Part shown: positions 10,401 through 23,582 of the stretch, one piece after another
How positions within the stretch are numbered: position 1 is the stretch's first letter
How the letters are laid out: every line of letters starts with the position of its first letter
Assembly: GCA_973895155.1 (NCBI GenBank)
Contig: OZ316897.1
Coordinates: forward strand, 14,383,375-14,447,374
DNA length: 64,000 bases
Direction of reading: 5' to 3'
From: Marsupella aquatica
Taxonomy: Eukaryota > Plantae > Marchantiophyta
Made by a program: the position numbers and the translations under genes
The notes under the pieces: model-generated
What the model was told of the DNA's origin: nothing
Databases searched by the model: none
Seen by the model: the letters and a program-made list of their open reading frames with translations, nothing else

Positions 10401-11964
10401 CATCCATGCAATACATATATTCCCACCTCGTCGACGAGCGTTAGTAGTGGCAAGACCTCACATCGGAGAGAACATAACGCTCCGAAGCTTTCTGGTTCTT
10501 TCGATGTGGTTACAAAGCAGTGACACTGCGGATATAATTATAATCCCTCCTTGGCATGTATGCTTCCGACCTTCCGTTGTCTCCATACAGTGTTGTACGT
10601 TTTGAGATTCATTATCAGGGGAACTCCGGGAGATCCATAGCTTCATTCTTTAATTCCCATTTTCCCTAACGACCTCTGCGCCGATTGCATTTGATTCGCT
10701 TCATTTGCGATTGTGAGCAAAGGATGATGGAGTTAATAATCTACCGGATTGGTCTTACGGCGCGGCATGAGATAGACTGGATATGTACAGTGCATAACTG
10801 CAGATTAATGCGTGCTCGGCGCCATTCAAGAATTGAGTAATTTAAGGAGTGATTAATTTATGGAATAGAATGAGGTAAATTTTGTCACAATCGTGACGGA
10901 TATATATGTACAGTTTGAAAGTCAGATTTGATGAGTGAACGCGTGAACAAGAATGTGCGTTGACTGCATTTGAAATCTTGAGTGAGGAGTCCTTCAGTGC
11001 ATGCACGTTCACCTTCCATGACAACACCTTCGAAGACTGACCTTGCAACTATAGTAGTCGGTTAACTCTCGAATCCGTGACCTCCATTCTGCAGCATTCG
11101 ACGTCGAGCACATCGTCTCTTGGCAGTTGATTGCTGGGAGCTGATAAAACGTGAAGTCACACACGCAAAACTAAATGCTCATCCGATTCGTCATCATAGA
11201 CTCATGACAGTAAGAAACTGGCGGAGGATTTGTTGCATCTTGAAATCTGTGAACACAGGAGTCAATCCTCTGAGAGGAATCGTTTCAGAGCACATGTTGG
11301 ATTTCTGTACTGTAGACCTATGGGATTTTGGAATGTTGGGATTTCTCCAGATGAGTGGGATTTCAGAACAGAGTGTCTGACTAGCGATTTCTAGATAAAT
11401 GGGATTTACAAAAGGTTGTTCCAACTAGGGTATGTATGTGAATGTTCCTTTCGCCCATTCTTGAAATCACCTCATTAGAGCATCTCCAACTAAACAGTGA
11501 GGTTTTATTTAATTCTGATTGAATGGTCGACCAAACCAGCAAAGAAAATGGAACTAGTCAGGTCCAACCCACTCCGCCCGCATGCTATTGGGTTTTTTGT
11601 TAATGGACCTGTAAATGGAGGAGATTATACAATACATATTAGGACTCTTTATTGGGTTGGTTGTTTTCAAGATTTCAATCTACACTCATCAGATGCTGAT
11701 ACCTACTTTAGGGGAATTATCCCATGAGGGTGTTGGTTGCTTTTCAGTGAGCTATGATACATACTTACATTGAACTAAGAAAAGTACAGTCTGGGTATTT
11801 AACATACCCAATATTAAGCAAAACCCCACTGGGTTGGACATGCTCCTAGCCTGGCTAGACAGCAGTTTAAGAAGCCAGAGATTGAAGGGCAAGTCTGGAA
11901 GTGTTCCAGCCCTTGACATTCTGACCTCTGAATCTCTAATGAAACTATTGAACAACTCAGAACA

Positions 11965-12074
11965 TGTTAGACTCTACCTCTGACCGGACGACCGGACCAG
12001 CCGGTCATCCGACTACCCTATATGTACTCTCATTCATGACTATACATTGACTCATTCTCATTCAGACTCTGACA
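11965..12074 (+). repeat. 5' LTR (110 bp)
   Basis: TGTTAGACTCTACC...CAGACTCTGACA, identical to 17248-17357. Confidence 0.97.
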
Positions 12075-12088
12075 CGTTATCAGCACGA
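12075..12088 (+). promoter_or_regulatory. Primer-binding site complementary to the anticodon arm of tRNA-Ile (half-tRNA priming)
   Basis: CGTTATCAGCACGA immediately follows the 5' LTR. Its reverse complement TCGTGCTGATAACG matches the plant tRNA-Ile anticodon arm TCGTGCTAATAACG (recalled, not looked up) except at the wobble base. Confidence 0.75.
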
Positions 12089-12329
12089 AGTCTCGGCCAG
12101 CGGAGCGAAAAGAGAAAGGAGAAGACCATGGATGATTGAATTTTTTTAAGGTTGAATGGCGGATCGAGAGGACCGAGAAACATAGAATTCATAAGGACAT
12201 AGGACCCAAGATCAAAGAGTCGAGGGCAGAAAAACAGAGAATTCATAAGGACACCGATTCGGACTCATTGGAGGAGAAGAAGCGAAGAACCTTTGGAAAG
12301 CCTACGGAGATTGGAGGAGATAAGGAACA

Positions 12330-15300
12330 ATGAACCTCAGAGAGAACCTTACCTCGCTAACCCTACTCCCAGCTATAGGGATGGCTCAACCTATACTAGC
12401 TGGCGAACCCCAACTAGACCTGCTAACTAAAGCCAATGAATCTAAGGCCCTTGTATTCCTTAGACGCCATATCCATAGATTCCTACAAAGACAATACATG
12501 CACCTCTCAACCCCTCGTGAACTTTGGACAGCGCTCCAAACCCGATTCGACCACCAAAAACTGGTCGAACTACCTAAAGCCAGGCAAGACTGGCTAAACC
12601 TACGAGTCCAGGACTTTACCTCTATTTCAGCCTACAATAGTGAACTCTTTAGAATAACCTCAACCCTCGCACTATGTGGCGAGCCGGTCACAGACAAGGA
12701 TCTGCTAGAGAAGACCTTGTCGATATTTCATTCATCGAATGTGTTGCTATCAACACAGTATCGAAACATGAAGTTCGGGCAATACTCCGAGCTCATAGCC
12801 CACCTCCTAGTCACGGAAAGAAACCAAGAGCTTCTTTAAGTAAACTCTAGAAAATGCCCTGTGGGCACACTGCCCTCAGGACAACAGAATGAAACCCATA
12901 ACATAGAAAATGCTGAACCCTCCACATCGAGGCAAGACATTAAACGCACTAAGAATAGCAATCGGAGAAACACCCACAATAGGGGGAGTTTCTATAACCA
13001 ACGTCCACAATATAACTCCCAACGGACCTTTAGAGGACGTGGTGGATGAGAAGGACATGGAGGACGAGAAGGACGAGGAGGACATGGCGGACATGGCGGA
13101 CGCGGAGGACGCGGCGGTGGTAGAACATATAACAACAACATAGAAACGATTGGTCACAATCCCGACAACAACGGGAATGACCAAAATGCCATGAATGTGG
13201 CATGACAAACCACCTAGCGAGAAACTGTAGAATCCCGCAACACCTTAGAGAACTATACCAACAGTCCATCAAGGATGGACAAACCTCTAGGCCACCACCC
13301 CGTGAAACCCACGGGGTGTTTATGGAGTCTAGTGACCCATTCCAAGACTTTTCAGACCTACCCGCCCAACCCGAGGCACACTTAGTGGCAAGTAGCTCCA
13401 CTACACCAGATTTAAATAGTCCAAGCACATGTATTATCGACAATGCGACCAAACATACTATCCTCAGGGATAGGCACCTTTTCCACAAGATTACACCCTC
13501 ACGTAGGTCCCTGACCACTATCAATGGTCCTAGCCAAATAGAAGAGGGCTTCGGCCCAGCTTCTATTAGACTCCCACAGGGTATCGAAATACACATAGAA
13601 TCTGCCATTTTTGCCCCGAACGCAACTCGTAATCTCCTCAGTTTTAGAGATATACGAGCAAATGGACTACACGTCCAAACAGACGATACAAGAGACTAAG
13701 AGGTCATCCACTTGGTTGAAAATACCCCTACGGGGAAAATCATTAAAGAAACACTTTTCTCGTATCCTTGCGGGTTTTATGTAACTCATATTGAATGCCT
13801 GCATAACAATGCCAACACAAGCGAATTGCATGCGCTTTGGCATGCACGCCTCGGCCACCCCGGCCAATCAATGCTAACCAAAATCATTAAGAATTCAAGA
13901 GGCATTCCAATCAATACACGCCACATTCCAGCAAGCACCCCATGCACTGCATGCTCACGCGGCAAATTAATAACAAGGCCCACGACATCAAAATTGCCAA
14001 CTAAAATACCCCAATTCTTGGAAATCATCCATGCAGATGTTTGCGGGCCAATTAACCCTCCAAGCGGATCTTTCCGCTACTTTATGGTATTAATCGACGT
14101 ATCAACTAAATGGTCAAATGTGACCCTGCTTTCAACAAGGAACATGGTTATGCCTCGCATCTTGGCGCAAATCTTGCGCGTGAAAGCACAATTCCCAGAT
14201 CACCCCATTAAGACACTAAGGGTGGACAATGCAAGGGAATTCACATCCGAAACATTTGACAACTTTTGCACATCACTTGGCATCGACGTACAATATCCTG
14301 TACCTCACGTGCATTTTCAGAATGGATTAGCTGAAGCGATCATTAAACGCCTTCGGTTAATTGCACACCCATTACTAATGCAGTCAAAACTCCCCGTCTC
14401 AGCATGGGGACATGCCATATTATAGGCTAATGCATTAATCCAATACCGCCCATCGGCTTTTAATACCTATAGCCCATACCAAATTGCTAATGGTATTAAA
14501 CCTGACCTATCCCACCTTCGTTCATTTGGATGTCAAGTAATGGTCCCCATTACTCTACCCAAACGAACCAAGATAGGACCCCAACGACAATTGGGGATAT
14601 ACATCGGATTCGACTCTCTGTCCATAATCCGATATATGGAGCCTACAACTGGCGACGTTTTTAAATCCAGATTCCTAGATTGCCATTTTGATGAAAATGT
14701 TTATCCACCATTAATAACCCCTAAACACCCACAACCACCTTTGGAGTGGGAAAGACATTCGCCATTTTGGCAAGACCTTAGAACCAATCAAGGGGAGAAA
14801 GAAGTTCAGCAAATTTTGCAACTCCACAAGATTGTGGAAGAACTTCCAGACGCTTTTGTCGATACATCACAAGTCACCCGCTCACATATTCCAACTGCGA
14901 GAGCATCTGCTCGCATCGAATTATCAAGTGAGCCAGCAAATACATCCCAGCCTCGTGCCAAACGTGGCAGATCCTTGGGATCAAAGGATAAACAACCAAG
15001 AAGACGTGTTCATCTATACCACCTTCACCTAATGTCGATCATAACGAATCCACAACTCATGAGGAGATTTCTATCCACTATGCACACACCGGCGCGATGT
15101 GGGATAGAAATACTACTTCAATAGATGATGCTTTTGCATTAATGGTGGCAACACATATCACAGACGAAACACCCAAACCAATATCTATCTTAGAATGCCA
15201 AAACAGACCAGATTGGCCTGAATGGCAAAAAGCTATAAACGGAGAATTAGATTCCCTACTAAGCAGACACACTTTTGGCCCAGTTGAGCCAACACCGCAA

Positions 15301-16935
15301 GACGTACACCTCATTGGCTACAAGTGGACATTCGTCCGCAAAAGAAATGATAAAGGCCAAGTTGTACACTACAAAGCACGCCTGGTAGGGAAAGGATTTA
15401 CCCAACAATCGAGAATTCATTACGATGAAACTTACTCACCGGTTATGGATAGCACAACATTCCGATACCTTATCGGATTTTCCATTTTCTGTAAATTACA
15501 GATGCGGCAACTGGATGTTGCGACCGCATATCTATATGGAACTTTAGACACTTGTCTATACATGCAATCACCTCCCGAGTTGGAGCAACGTCGCCGAGCT
15601 TTACCTCAAGGCGCTAAATCGCATATCTCATATTTACATAAGATTATAACACAATTATCTCAAGTTACACCTCATGTGTCATCTACACATGTAACTCATA
15701 ATAACGACACCGCTGTGTCAACCGTACGGAATACTTGCCGCGAACTAGCTATCCGCGTGTTGAAGGCATTATATGGCCTGAAACAAAGTGGCAAAGTATA
15801 GTCTCAAAGATTTACTGATGAAATGATTACCATGGGTTTTACCCATGATGCCATTACCCCATGTTTATTTATTAAACATGTAGATGACGAATATGTCATC
15901 GTTTCTATATATGTTGATGACTTAAATATATTTGGGACACCCCAAATTACAGAAGATACTATTACTAGTCTTAAATCAACATTTGAGATGAAAGACCTTG
16001 AACATACAAACTTTTGCTTAGGCTTACAACTAGAGATCCTACCCACTGGCATGATGCTCCATCAGACAACACAAACTGAAAAGATCCTAAAACAGTTCAA
16101 TATGAACCTAGCACACCCATGGACGTCACCAATGATTGTACGTTCATTAGAAAACAATATTGATGTTTTTCGCAAGCGCGAAGAACATGAACCACTATTA
16201 GGACTAGAAACCCCATACCTTTCCGCGATAGGAGCATTAATGTACCTAGCAAATCAGACCTGACCAAACATTGCATTTGCAGTTAACTTATTAGCTAGAC
16301 AGAGTGCAACTCCCACAGCAAGACACTGGAATAGAGTTAAACACATATTTAGGTATCTGCGTGGCACCACCGATATTGGGTTATTTTACCCATTCGGTGC
16401 AAACCATGAACTCATAGGATATGCGGATGCCGGATATCTTTCCGACATTGACACCGCAAAATCCCAAACCGGATATGTTTTTACTATTGGGGGTACCGCT
16501 TTTTCTTGGAAAAGCGTGAAACAGACCCTAACAACAACCTCATCGAATCACTCAGAAATCTTAGCTCTACATGAGGCTAGTCGTGAAGCCGTTTGGTTAC
16601 GATCCTTTATAAACCACATCAACACCAAATGCGGCCTACCACCACTAACGAAGCCTACTAACATTTTTGAGGATAACACAGCATGTATACAGCAGATCAC
16701 GAAAGGATTCATCAAAGGCGATCGCGTGAAGCATATAGCTCCAAAAATTTTCTACACCCACGAGTTACATGGAAAAGAGACCAACATTTTGCAGATTTCA
16801 AGTGCAAACAACTGTGCGAATCTCTTCACCAAATCACTATCGCCATCAGTTCACCACCGACACTGCCAGGCGATTGGACTACGGAGCGTGCGACGCATGA
16901 TGACCGTGGAGGCTACTGCTCCACATGATACTTGA
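12330..16935 (+). pseudogene. Disrupted gag-pol (gag, RGG tract, CCHC knuckle, protease, integrase, RT, RNase H)
   Basis: Motifs: WLNLRVQDF (gag), CHECGMTNHLARNC, IIDNATKHTIL (PR), LWHARLGHPG / IHADVCGPI / LRVDNAREF (INT), YKARLV / LYGLKQSG / IYVDDL (RT), GYADAGY / FEDNTAC (RH). In-frame stops at 12837, 13047, 13697, 14423, 15799 and 16261. Frameshifts near 13140-13190 and ~15010. Confidence 0.93.
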
Positions 16936-17238
16936 TGATGCTGACGACATGTTGTTGACGACCGACTGATGAAACAGATGTTAAAACTTAGATTTACTAT
17001 AGCATCTAACTTTACTTAACATTGACATTTATTACGACGAGGACTGTTAGACTGCACTCTTTTTCCTTTAGCACTCATATTTTTCTCTGCTACACTGGTA
17101 GAGTTTTTACTAAGCTAGAGTTGATAAAGGTTTTTTAACGAGGCAGTCTACCTCGCTTGTACTTATATCATGTATTTCATATGAACATGATATAATAGGT
17201 ATAGTCTATGTTGTCTATATAGTTGTCACTATATATCC

Positions 17239-17247
17239 AAAGGGGAG
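17239..17247 (+). promoter_or_regulatory. Polypurine tract
   Basis: AAAGGGGAG directly before the 3' LTR. Confidence 0.85.
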
Positions 17248-17357
17248 TGTTAGACTCTACCTCTGACCGGACGACCGGACCAGCCGGTCATCCGACTACC
17301 CTATATGTACTCTCATTCATGACTATACATTGACTCATTCTCATTCAGACTCTGACA
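17248..17357 (+). repeat. 3' LTR (110 bp)
   Basis: Identical to the 5' LTR and followed by TSD GAACA. Confidence 0.97.
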
Positions 17358-17924
17358 GAACAAAGCTATTAAACCCTCTATAGAACTGGATCCCTACAAG
17401 ACAAGCAGCCACAATACTGCTATGGTGGACCTTCAAGGGAGATCAAATCGACTTCAAATCTTTGCAAATGTGATCAGCCTCAACTGCTGCTATGGTGGAC
17501 GGAAAATCCACAGCTCAAATCCGATGGACATAAACTAAAGGATCAGCCATGCTCATGCTCCGTCCACAGGTCAATAATGTTGACATTTTTTGCTAAAAAG
17601 GGTTGATATACAAACTCTTTTTCTCAAGAAAAGTTGGGCTGTTTTGTGCATGTACTCAACATTTTTCTGAAAGTAATGGTCAGGTATTCGAGGTTGAAAG
17701 ATTTGTGATCAAATGCTTCAGTGGGCAGGAATATGGGGTAAAACTACCCTATACTATTTGGGGGTCCATAAAACAATTTAAATAGATTGGCGGTTACCTT
17801 TTCAATATGGGGGTCAGCTTCGTAAAAAACTGATTCTTCTTTTATCACTTATATAGTACAGGATGCGGTAAATTCTATATGTACAAAATTCAAAATGACA
17901 CTTCCTACTACATAGTAAATGATG

Positions 17925-19182
17925 GAGGTATATGCTTAATCAACCCCCATCTAACTCTTTTGCACCAATCCACCCCCAAAGTCCATTATTTATCCAATCG
18001 GCCCCATCTTGCACTTTTGTATAGAAAGTACATGTATTCCATGAATTCTCTACTACCGGGGGACACCGTGAACCCAGTTCATGGCATCACTAGAGTCTAC
18101 CTAAACTGTGAGCACAAGCAACTTGACTGTCATCTTCACCGCGTACTGCGACTAGAGTCTACCCGAACTGTGAGCACAAGCAACTTGACCGTCGTCTTCA
18201 ACGCATGGTTTAGGGACAGCCGAGACTGCGACCACGAAGGATTTCAAAAACTGTTAGAATGCAAGACTGGTAATGTCTTCAGACACATGTTTATTGCTAG
18301 CTAGCGCTCCCTAAACGTGTTCCAAGCATTCATTGATACTCATTCTGTCAAGATAATTTCTGTTGATTAGTGTTCTTGGTCATCTATTAAAATCCGTGCA
18401 GTCTATGCATATCACTTGAAAGCCAATGTGAATACTCTATATAGCAAATCAGCTGCTCACATCTTTACTTGTAGCATTTATGCTAATGACAAGAGCCAGA
18501 ACAGATCTAAGTGTTGTTTGTCAAGCAACCATTTTCCTTTGGATATCTGAATATTTTCTTCTCAGTGGATATGCATGACTACTCTGGCTCCTGCTCTGGC
18601 TGATGATTATGCCTTGTGTGTTTCCACTTTGTAAGATATGAAGCTTGTTTGAGGTGATTGTATGTCAAAGGCATATGTGAATTTGACTGATGCAATGGAT
18701 TGCATTAGGTCACTAGATGTAAAACAGTATGCATGACATGCTTTCCCCCTTCCTTGGATGACAAAGGTTACAGGTGACCCTTCTGAGTTTGCCCAAGAAT
18801 GACAGAAATTGTTCTGACAGAACGTGTGACAATGAATGTCAGCCTGGAGCACGTTCTATGAGGACATGTTAACTAGCAATAAACATATGAAGACATTTAT
18901 AATCTTGCATTCATACATTTTTTGAAATAGTTGGTTGTGCCCTAAATCATGCGGTGAAGATGACAGTCAAGTTCCTTGCGCTCACAGTTCGGGGAGACTA
19001 TAGTCACAGTACAAGGTGATGCCATGAATTGGGTTCACAGCCCCAATAGCAGAGAATATAAGGAATACATGTACTTTCTAGACAAAAATGCAAAATGAGA
19101 TTGATTGGGTATGGAATAAATTTGGGGGTTGATTGGGACAAAAAGAGTCAGATGGGGTTGGGGTTTATTGAGCACATACCTC
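17925..19182. mobile_element. Non-autonomous Mutator-like element (MULE) with ~250-300-bp diverged TIRs
   Basis: 17925-~18220 (GAGGTATATGC...TAGAAAGTACATGTATTCC...GTGAACCCAGTTCATGGCATCAC...) is the inverted homologue of ~18930-19182 (...GTGATGCCATGAATTGGGTTCAC...GGAATACATGTACTTTCTA...GCACATACCTC). Flanks TAAATGATG and TAAATGATT form a 9-bp TSD with one mismatch. Confidence 0.82.
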
Positions 19183-21870
19183 TAAATGATTGACAAGCAT
19201 ATTTTAAGACTAGCCCAATAACCTCTAATATTCATTCCAAATACAGATTTCACTAAATAAAGTGGTTGCAAAACTTACTGCACGGAATTGTAAAAAGCTG
19301 CGCGTCGTTCAATGCGAGATAACCATTAATCAAGGTTAGTTCTATAACTAACTACTAGCAGATTAAGCCTTTGTTTTGTTGAGCGGCAAGCCAAAACCGC
19401 ATAATACCGTCTCTTTATTGTTTTCTCGGAAAATGTGTCTTATCTTATTCAAATGTAGCCGACACGCCACCGTTGTTTTTTATGCCGAGAATTCGCTAGA
19501 TTTGCATTTACTTACTTTTCGCAACTTCACTTCTTCGTTTTTCCTTCATCAATTTTCTAATGTACCCACAGACCCCTGAACGAGAATCTATCAGCTATCC
19601 TTAAAAGTAAGGTTATTTGACAGAGATATTAGTGTATTAAAAGTGGATAAATAGTATATTCTGATTCAAACAATATGTCATTAGGGGGACTTTACTAGAC
19701 CTTGGAGGTAATTTGAATGCCTTTTACTTAGGAACTGTATTTTACAAGAAGCCAGGGACACATGGGAGTTTTTTTCACCAAAATAAACTGGAGGGCCATT
19801 GCACACACTAAATATAGTGTCCCGGGCTAAAAGCATTTTTTGAATCATTTTCTTGCCCCAAGGTCTTGTAAAGTCAAATGCAGCCAGTGATGCCAAATTT
19901 ATTTACTAAAAGGCAGATTGAGGACCCACTACACCTGAATGTCACCTAATCTTTGGGTAAAGTCTTTCAGTCTTTCTAGATGTGAGAAGAGAATATCTTC
20001 CCAAGTACTTGTGGGTCCTTTTTTTTATAATTTTTTTTTTAATTTTTTTTTAATGCAAATGATTTAAAATAGAAATGTACCAAGAGGCCAGAAGAAGAGA
20101 CCTCCAACCCAGGTGGTCTATAATCTAGGACACTAGAGTAGAGTGCTTCACATAAGCAAAAATTAGGCCCCATTACATTCCATGTAAGATTGGTAACATG
20201 TTCAGTTGAAAGTGCCCTCAACATTTTGTAAAGTGAACTGCAACAGTTTCTCCCAAATTGATGGCTCTGATCAGATTGAGTTTTCTCCTACCTCAGCTAA
20301 TCTTAAAGGTATTTTGACTGGTTTTACACAAGCTAATCTTGAAGATAATGTAGTAAGCAGGAGGATTTGGAATCATTTTGGGGCCCCCGATCTGTTGTGA
20401 ATAGGACTGGACCAAATGGTGCTAGATAATTTGCTACAGTAGTTGACATGTTGGGGACACTCCCATTAAAACTCACATAGTTCGTGGCTAGGGTCCTTCT
20501 TTCCTCTGACAAGATAAGATATGGTTGTGGGGAATGTGGCCACTTTTAACTGAAAACACTCGAAATAATGATGGATCAAACTGCCAGATAAAAACACCTC
20601 CAGGAGCGATAATCTAATGAAATTTGGAAGAAAATCTGCTTCATATCCCCCCAAATTTGGGCCCCCGCTTGATTCCATGAAAATAGGCAACAGTTTAGAA
20701 TTAAATAACCCCATATTCTGTAAAGTGACCACAAGCTGTTTCTCTCCCATGGATGGCCCCATCATATCGTAGATAACTACAGTAGTAGATACCCCAACAA
20801 AGTTGAAAATTCCCCAACGTGTTGTAAAGCCACCTTTAGCCACCCTGGCCAAATAGAAATAATAGGCTGGACAGCGCTATCCCAGCATCCGCGGTCATGA
20901 GCACGGGTGTCGGCATCACCAGTGGGGGTCCTCATTGATGATACAAATCGGACGGGCCACAAAACCCTCACAAAAGGTTCTGAGTCATCATTACCGCTAC
21001 TGTTGCGGGCTCCCAGATTGGACACGTAATAGCGACGTCAAGATGGTCACCGATCAGATTGGACGGCCCACGAAACAGATGCTCTGCCGATTTGGCACTT
21101 TTGACGCTACTGGTTCGTTTTTAGGTTGGTACCGGTCATAACTAACCGGCACCGGGATCTCCGGTCAGGAACGTAACGGGGACTGCATGGGTTTTCAGAA
21201 AGGTACAAAAATAGTCGGAACGGCAACAGAATGATCCCGGTTGGTAACAGTTGTTACCGGTGATGATAACCGGGACTGGTGGCTCCGGTAAGATGCAGAT
21301 CCCTTCCATTTTCCGTATGGGAAAAAGAGTCACTTACTAAAAAGGAACACTAAACATGGAACAGTTTATTACAAAAAGTGCAAAACAAATTCCTTTGGAG
21401 TAGAAGCAAAGGAGGTCTAGAGAGAACACCAAAAAGAAGACAAATTCATGAAGCGCGAGTTCTAACCTGTCGTCAGTGCAATTGGAGCTTGATGGAGCTT
21501 GATGTTCCAATAAAACCCATGATATGTAACTTTCCCCTTCTGCTGTTTTATGTGCAAGTTCTCTTGTGCTATTCAAGAAGTTGCAGTTTAATGTTCCAAA
21601 AAATACAGCAATGGCTTTTCCTTTAGACCCAGTATTTTACCCTGTAAATGTATGGATGGACAAACGGATCACTCCCATGTTTGTACACCATTAGTATGAA
21701 TTTCCGCTTGTCCATTTACACATCTGTATATAAACTAGACACTATCAAGATCAAAGAGATGAATTATACTGAAGTTTACTTACTTGAATTTCGAGATTGG
21801 GCTCCACAGTTTTTTGGAATTGATGCCCATAACTCACAGCTAGCCCATTGACCTGGTGACCAGAACAAAA

Positions 21871-22100
21871 TCTACAACTATAATAAGGGATCTTGTCTTT
21901 TTTCATCCTATGTCCTAATACAAAAAAACTCCTGGGCGAGAAAGATTCACAACCATTAGATTCAATGGGTTGTTTTCCCTGACGGCCTGACCATTGATGA
22001 AATTAATGTGCACCCTTGTTCAAGCTGCCCCATAAATTCCCTAGCCCGACTCCCTATGGGCTGGCCCTCCTTGAGCCGTGTTGCACGGGCATAGGGCTAG
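21871..22100 (+). mobile_element. Non-autonomous mini-Helitron (~230 bp)
   Basis: 5' A|TCTACAACTATAATAAG. 3' hairpin CCGTG-TTG-CACGG (22076-22088) followed by CTAG|T (22097-22101). Sits in an A|T site with no TSD. Confidence 0.7.
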
Positions 22101-23582
22101 TCCACTATGAAATGACAAAGAGAGGATTACTCATGCGTACCACAGTAGATTTGTGGTACATTTTCAACGTACCACAATTTTGAATTTGTGGGTTGGGCTT
22201 CAAAGTTTTCAAAAGTGATGGTTATCAAAGTCATCAATAAACAAACAGTGAACTATAATCAACCAAAGCCCCTTACTGCAATGGACTGAGGAACGGTTGG
22301 TTTGTTGGTTGGGGATTCATGAGCGGGCGAGGGTGGGTGGAGGGAAAATTAGTTCCAGGGTGAAGAAGTGATGATGTCGTGGGATCTTGGGAAGCGAAGA
22401 GTCTGAAGGTGATTATTCAAATCAGAGTCAAGAAATAGAATGATCATGATTACGAGTTATTCAAGCGAGTCTTCGCATTGACACTGTTGATAATAAGTTT
22501 TAGAGACGCAGAGCTCGAAAGAGCAAAAGCTGCGTGAAGCACGTGCGATCCGCTTTTGCCTCAACCCTGGAGATGTGGAGAAAGCTGACGGGCCAGTAGT
22601 AGGTCGAGCAATTGCCTCTTCGTCTTTTCTATTGAGCTATATAAAAATTTACCAATGAGATGAACAATTGGTTTCGCTGCATTTCTTTCGAGAACATGCG
22701 TCAATGCAGTCTTGCAGGGCCGGTAGTGAGGTAGTCCTTCATGCGAGCCGAGAACGTCCTTAAAAATTGATCCTTCCGTTGATTGCGGTGTAGCAGTAAC
22801 TAGAGCTGGCGATTACAGTAACAGTAGCGAGAACAATCCACATCGATCGGTGAGGATGGTGTGGTTGCAGTACCGTGAGCCGGCCATAACTCATCACGGT
22901 GGTACTGATCTGGAATGTGTGGGCGCTGTGGGGTCGTGAGGATTCTTCGAGGAGAAAAAGTGTGACTGCAGCAGTGCAGCAGCCGCTGCAATTGGGTTGT
23001 GTGCTGTAGGCTCTAGTAGTAGGCGTTCCTAGATGTCAGTCATAGGGTTTTACGTGTTGATGATAGCCCTTTCGAAGTATCGACAATCAGTGTCGTAAAA
23101 TTTCGTCTCCTGGAGGGTGATTAGCGGATGAACTGCAATTCCTCTCGAGTGTGGAGTCTTTTTCATTTGACAGCCGTGTCGGTTATGTATTTACGTTCTG
23201 TGAAGGAGAAGGTTTAGCGTTTCTGCCATTTATTGGCTCAACTATCCGTTCCTACCTCCATTGGTTGCCCACCTTCCTCAAAGCAATTCTTCACATGTCT
23301 CCCTAGTGTCTGTCTATGGGATGCTCTACCGACGCTGACCTGGGTTTCACTCACAGTGCCTTTCTTCATTTCCACCTGGCTACTATCTGACTCTTGCCCA
23401 TCTTTGGACCGAAGCGATGGTCCATTTCACCGCCTTGCCTTCTTCTGGCCCAGTACATATTTCAGGTCCTCCTTCAAGTCGCATAGTAGAGCACTAGAGC
23501 TCTAGCTAAAACTTAGTCCTTGGTATACAGCAGCCCTACTGAGTTCATCGCAAATAACACGACGAGCCTTGCACCCGCCGAC

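Larger units (their letters stand above)
11965..17357 (+). mobile_element. Ty1/copia LTR retrotransposon, Bianca-like lineage, full length, coding-defective
   Basis: TG...CA LTRs at 11965-12074 and 17248-17357. 5-bp TSD GAACA (11960-11964, 17358-17362). PBS and PPT present. Domain order gag-PR-INT-RT-RH. Confidence 0.97.

Noticed and set aside
7634-10650. Short Cys-rich and coding-like ORFs
   Set aside because: No family motif or consistent splice model; possibly old pseudogene debris.
11478-11491. GAGCATCTCCAAC, a Tourist/PIF-like TIR start
   Set aside because: No matching inverted terminus was found.
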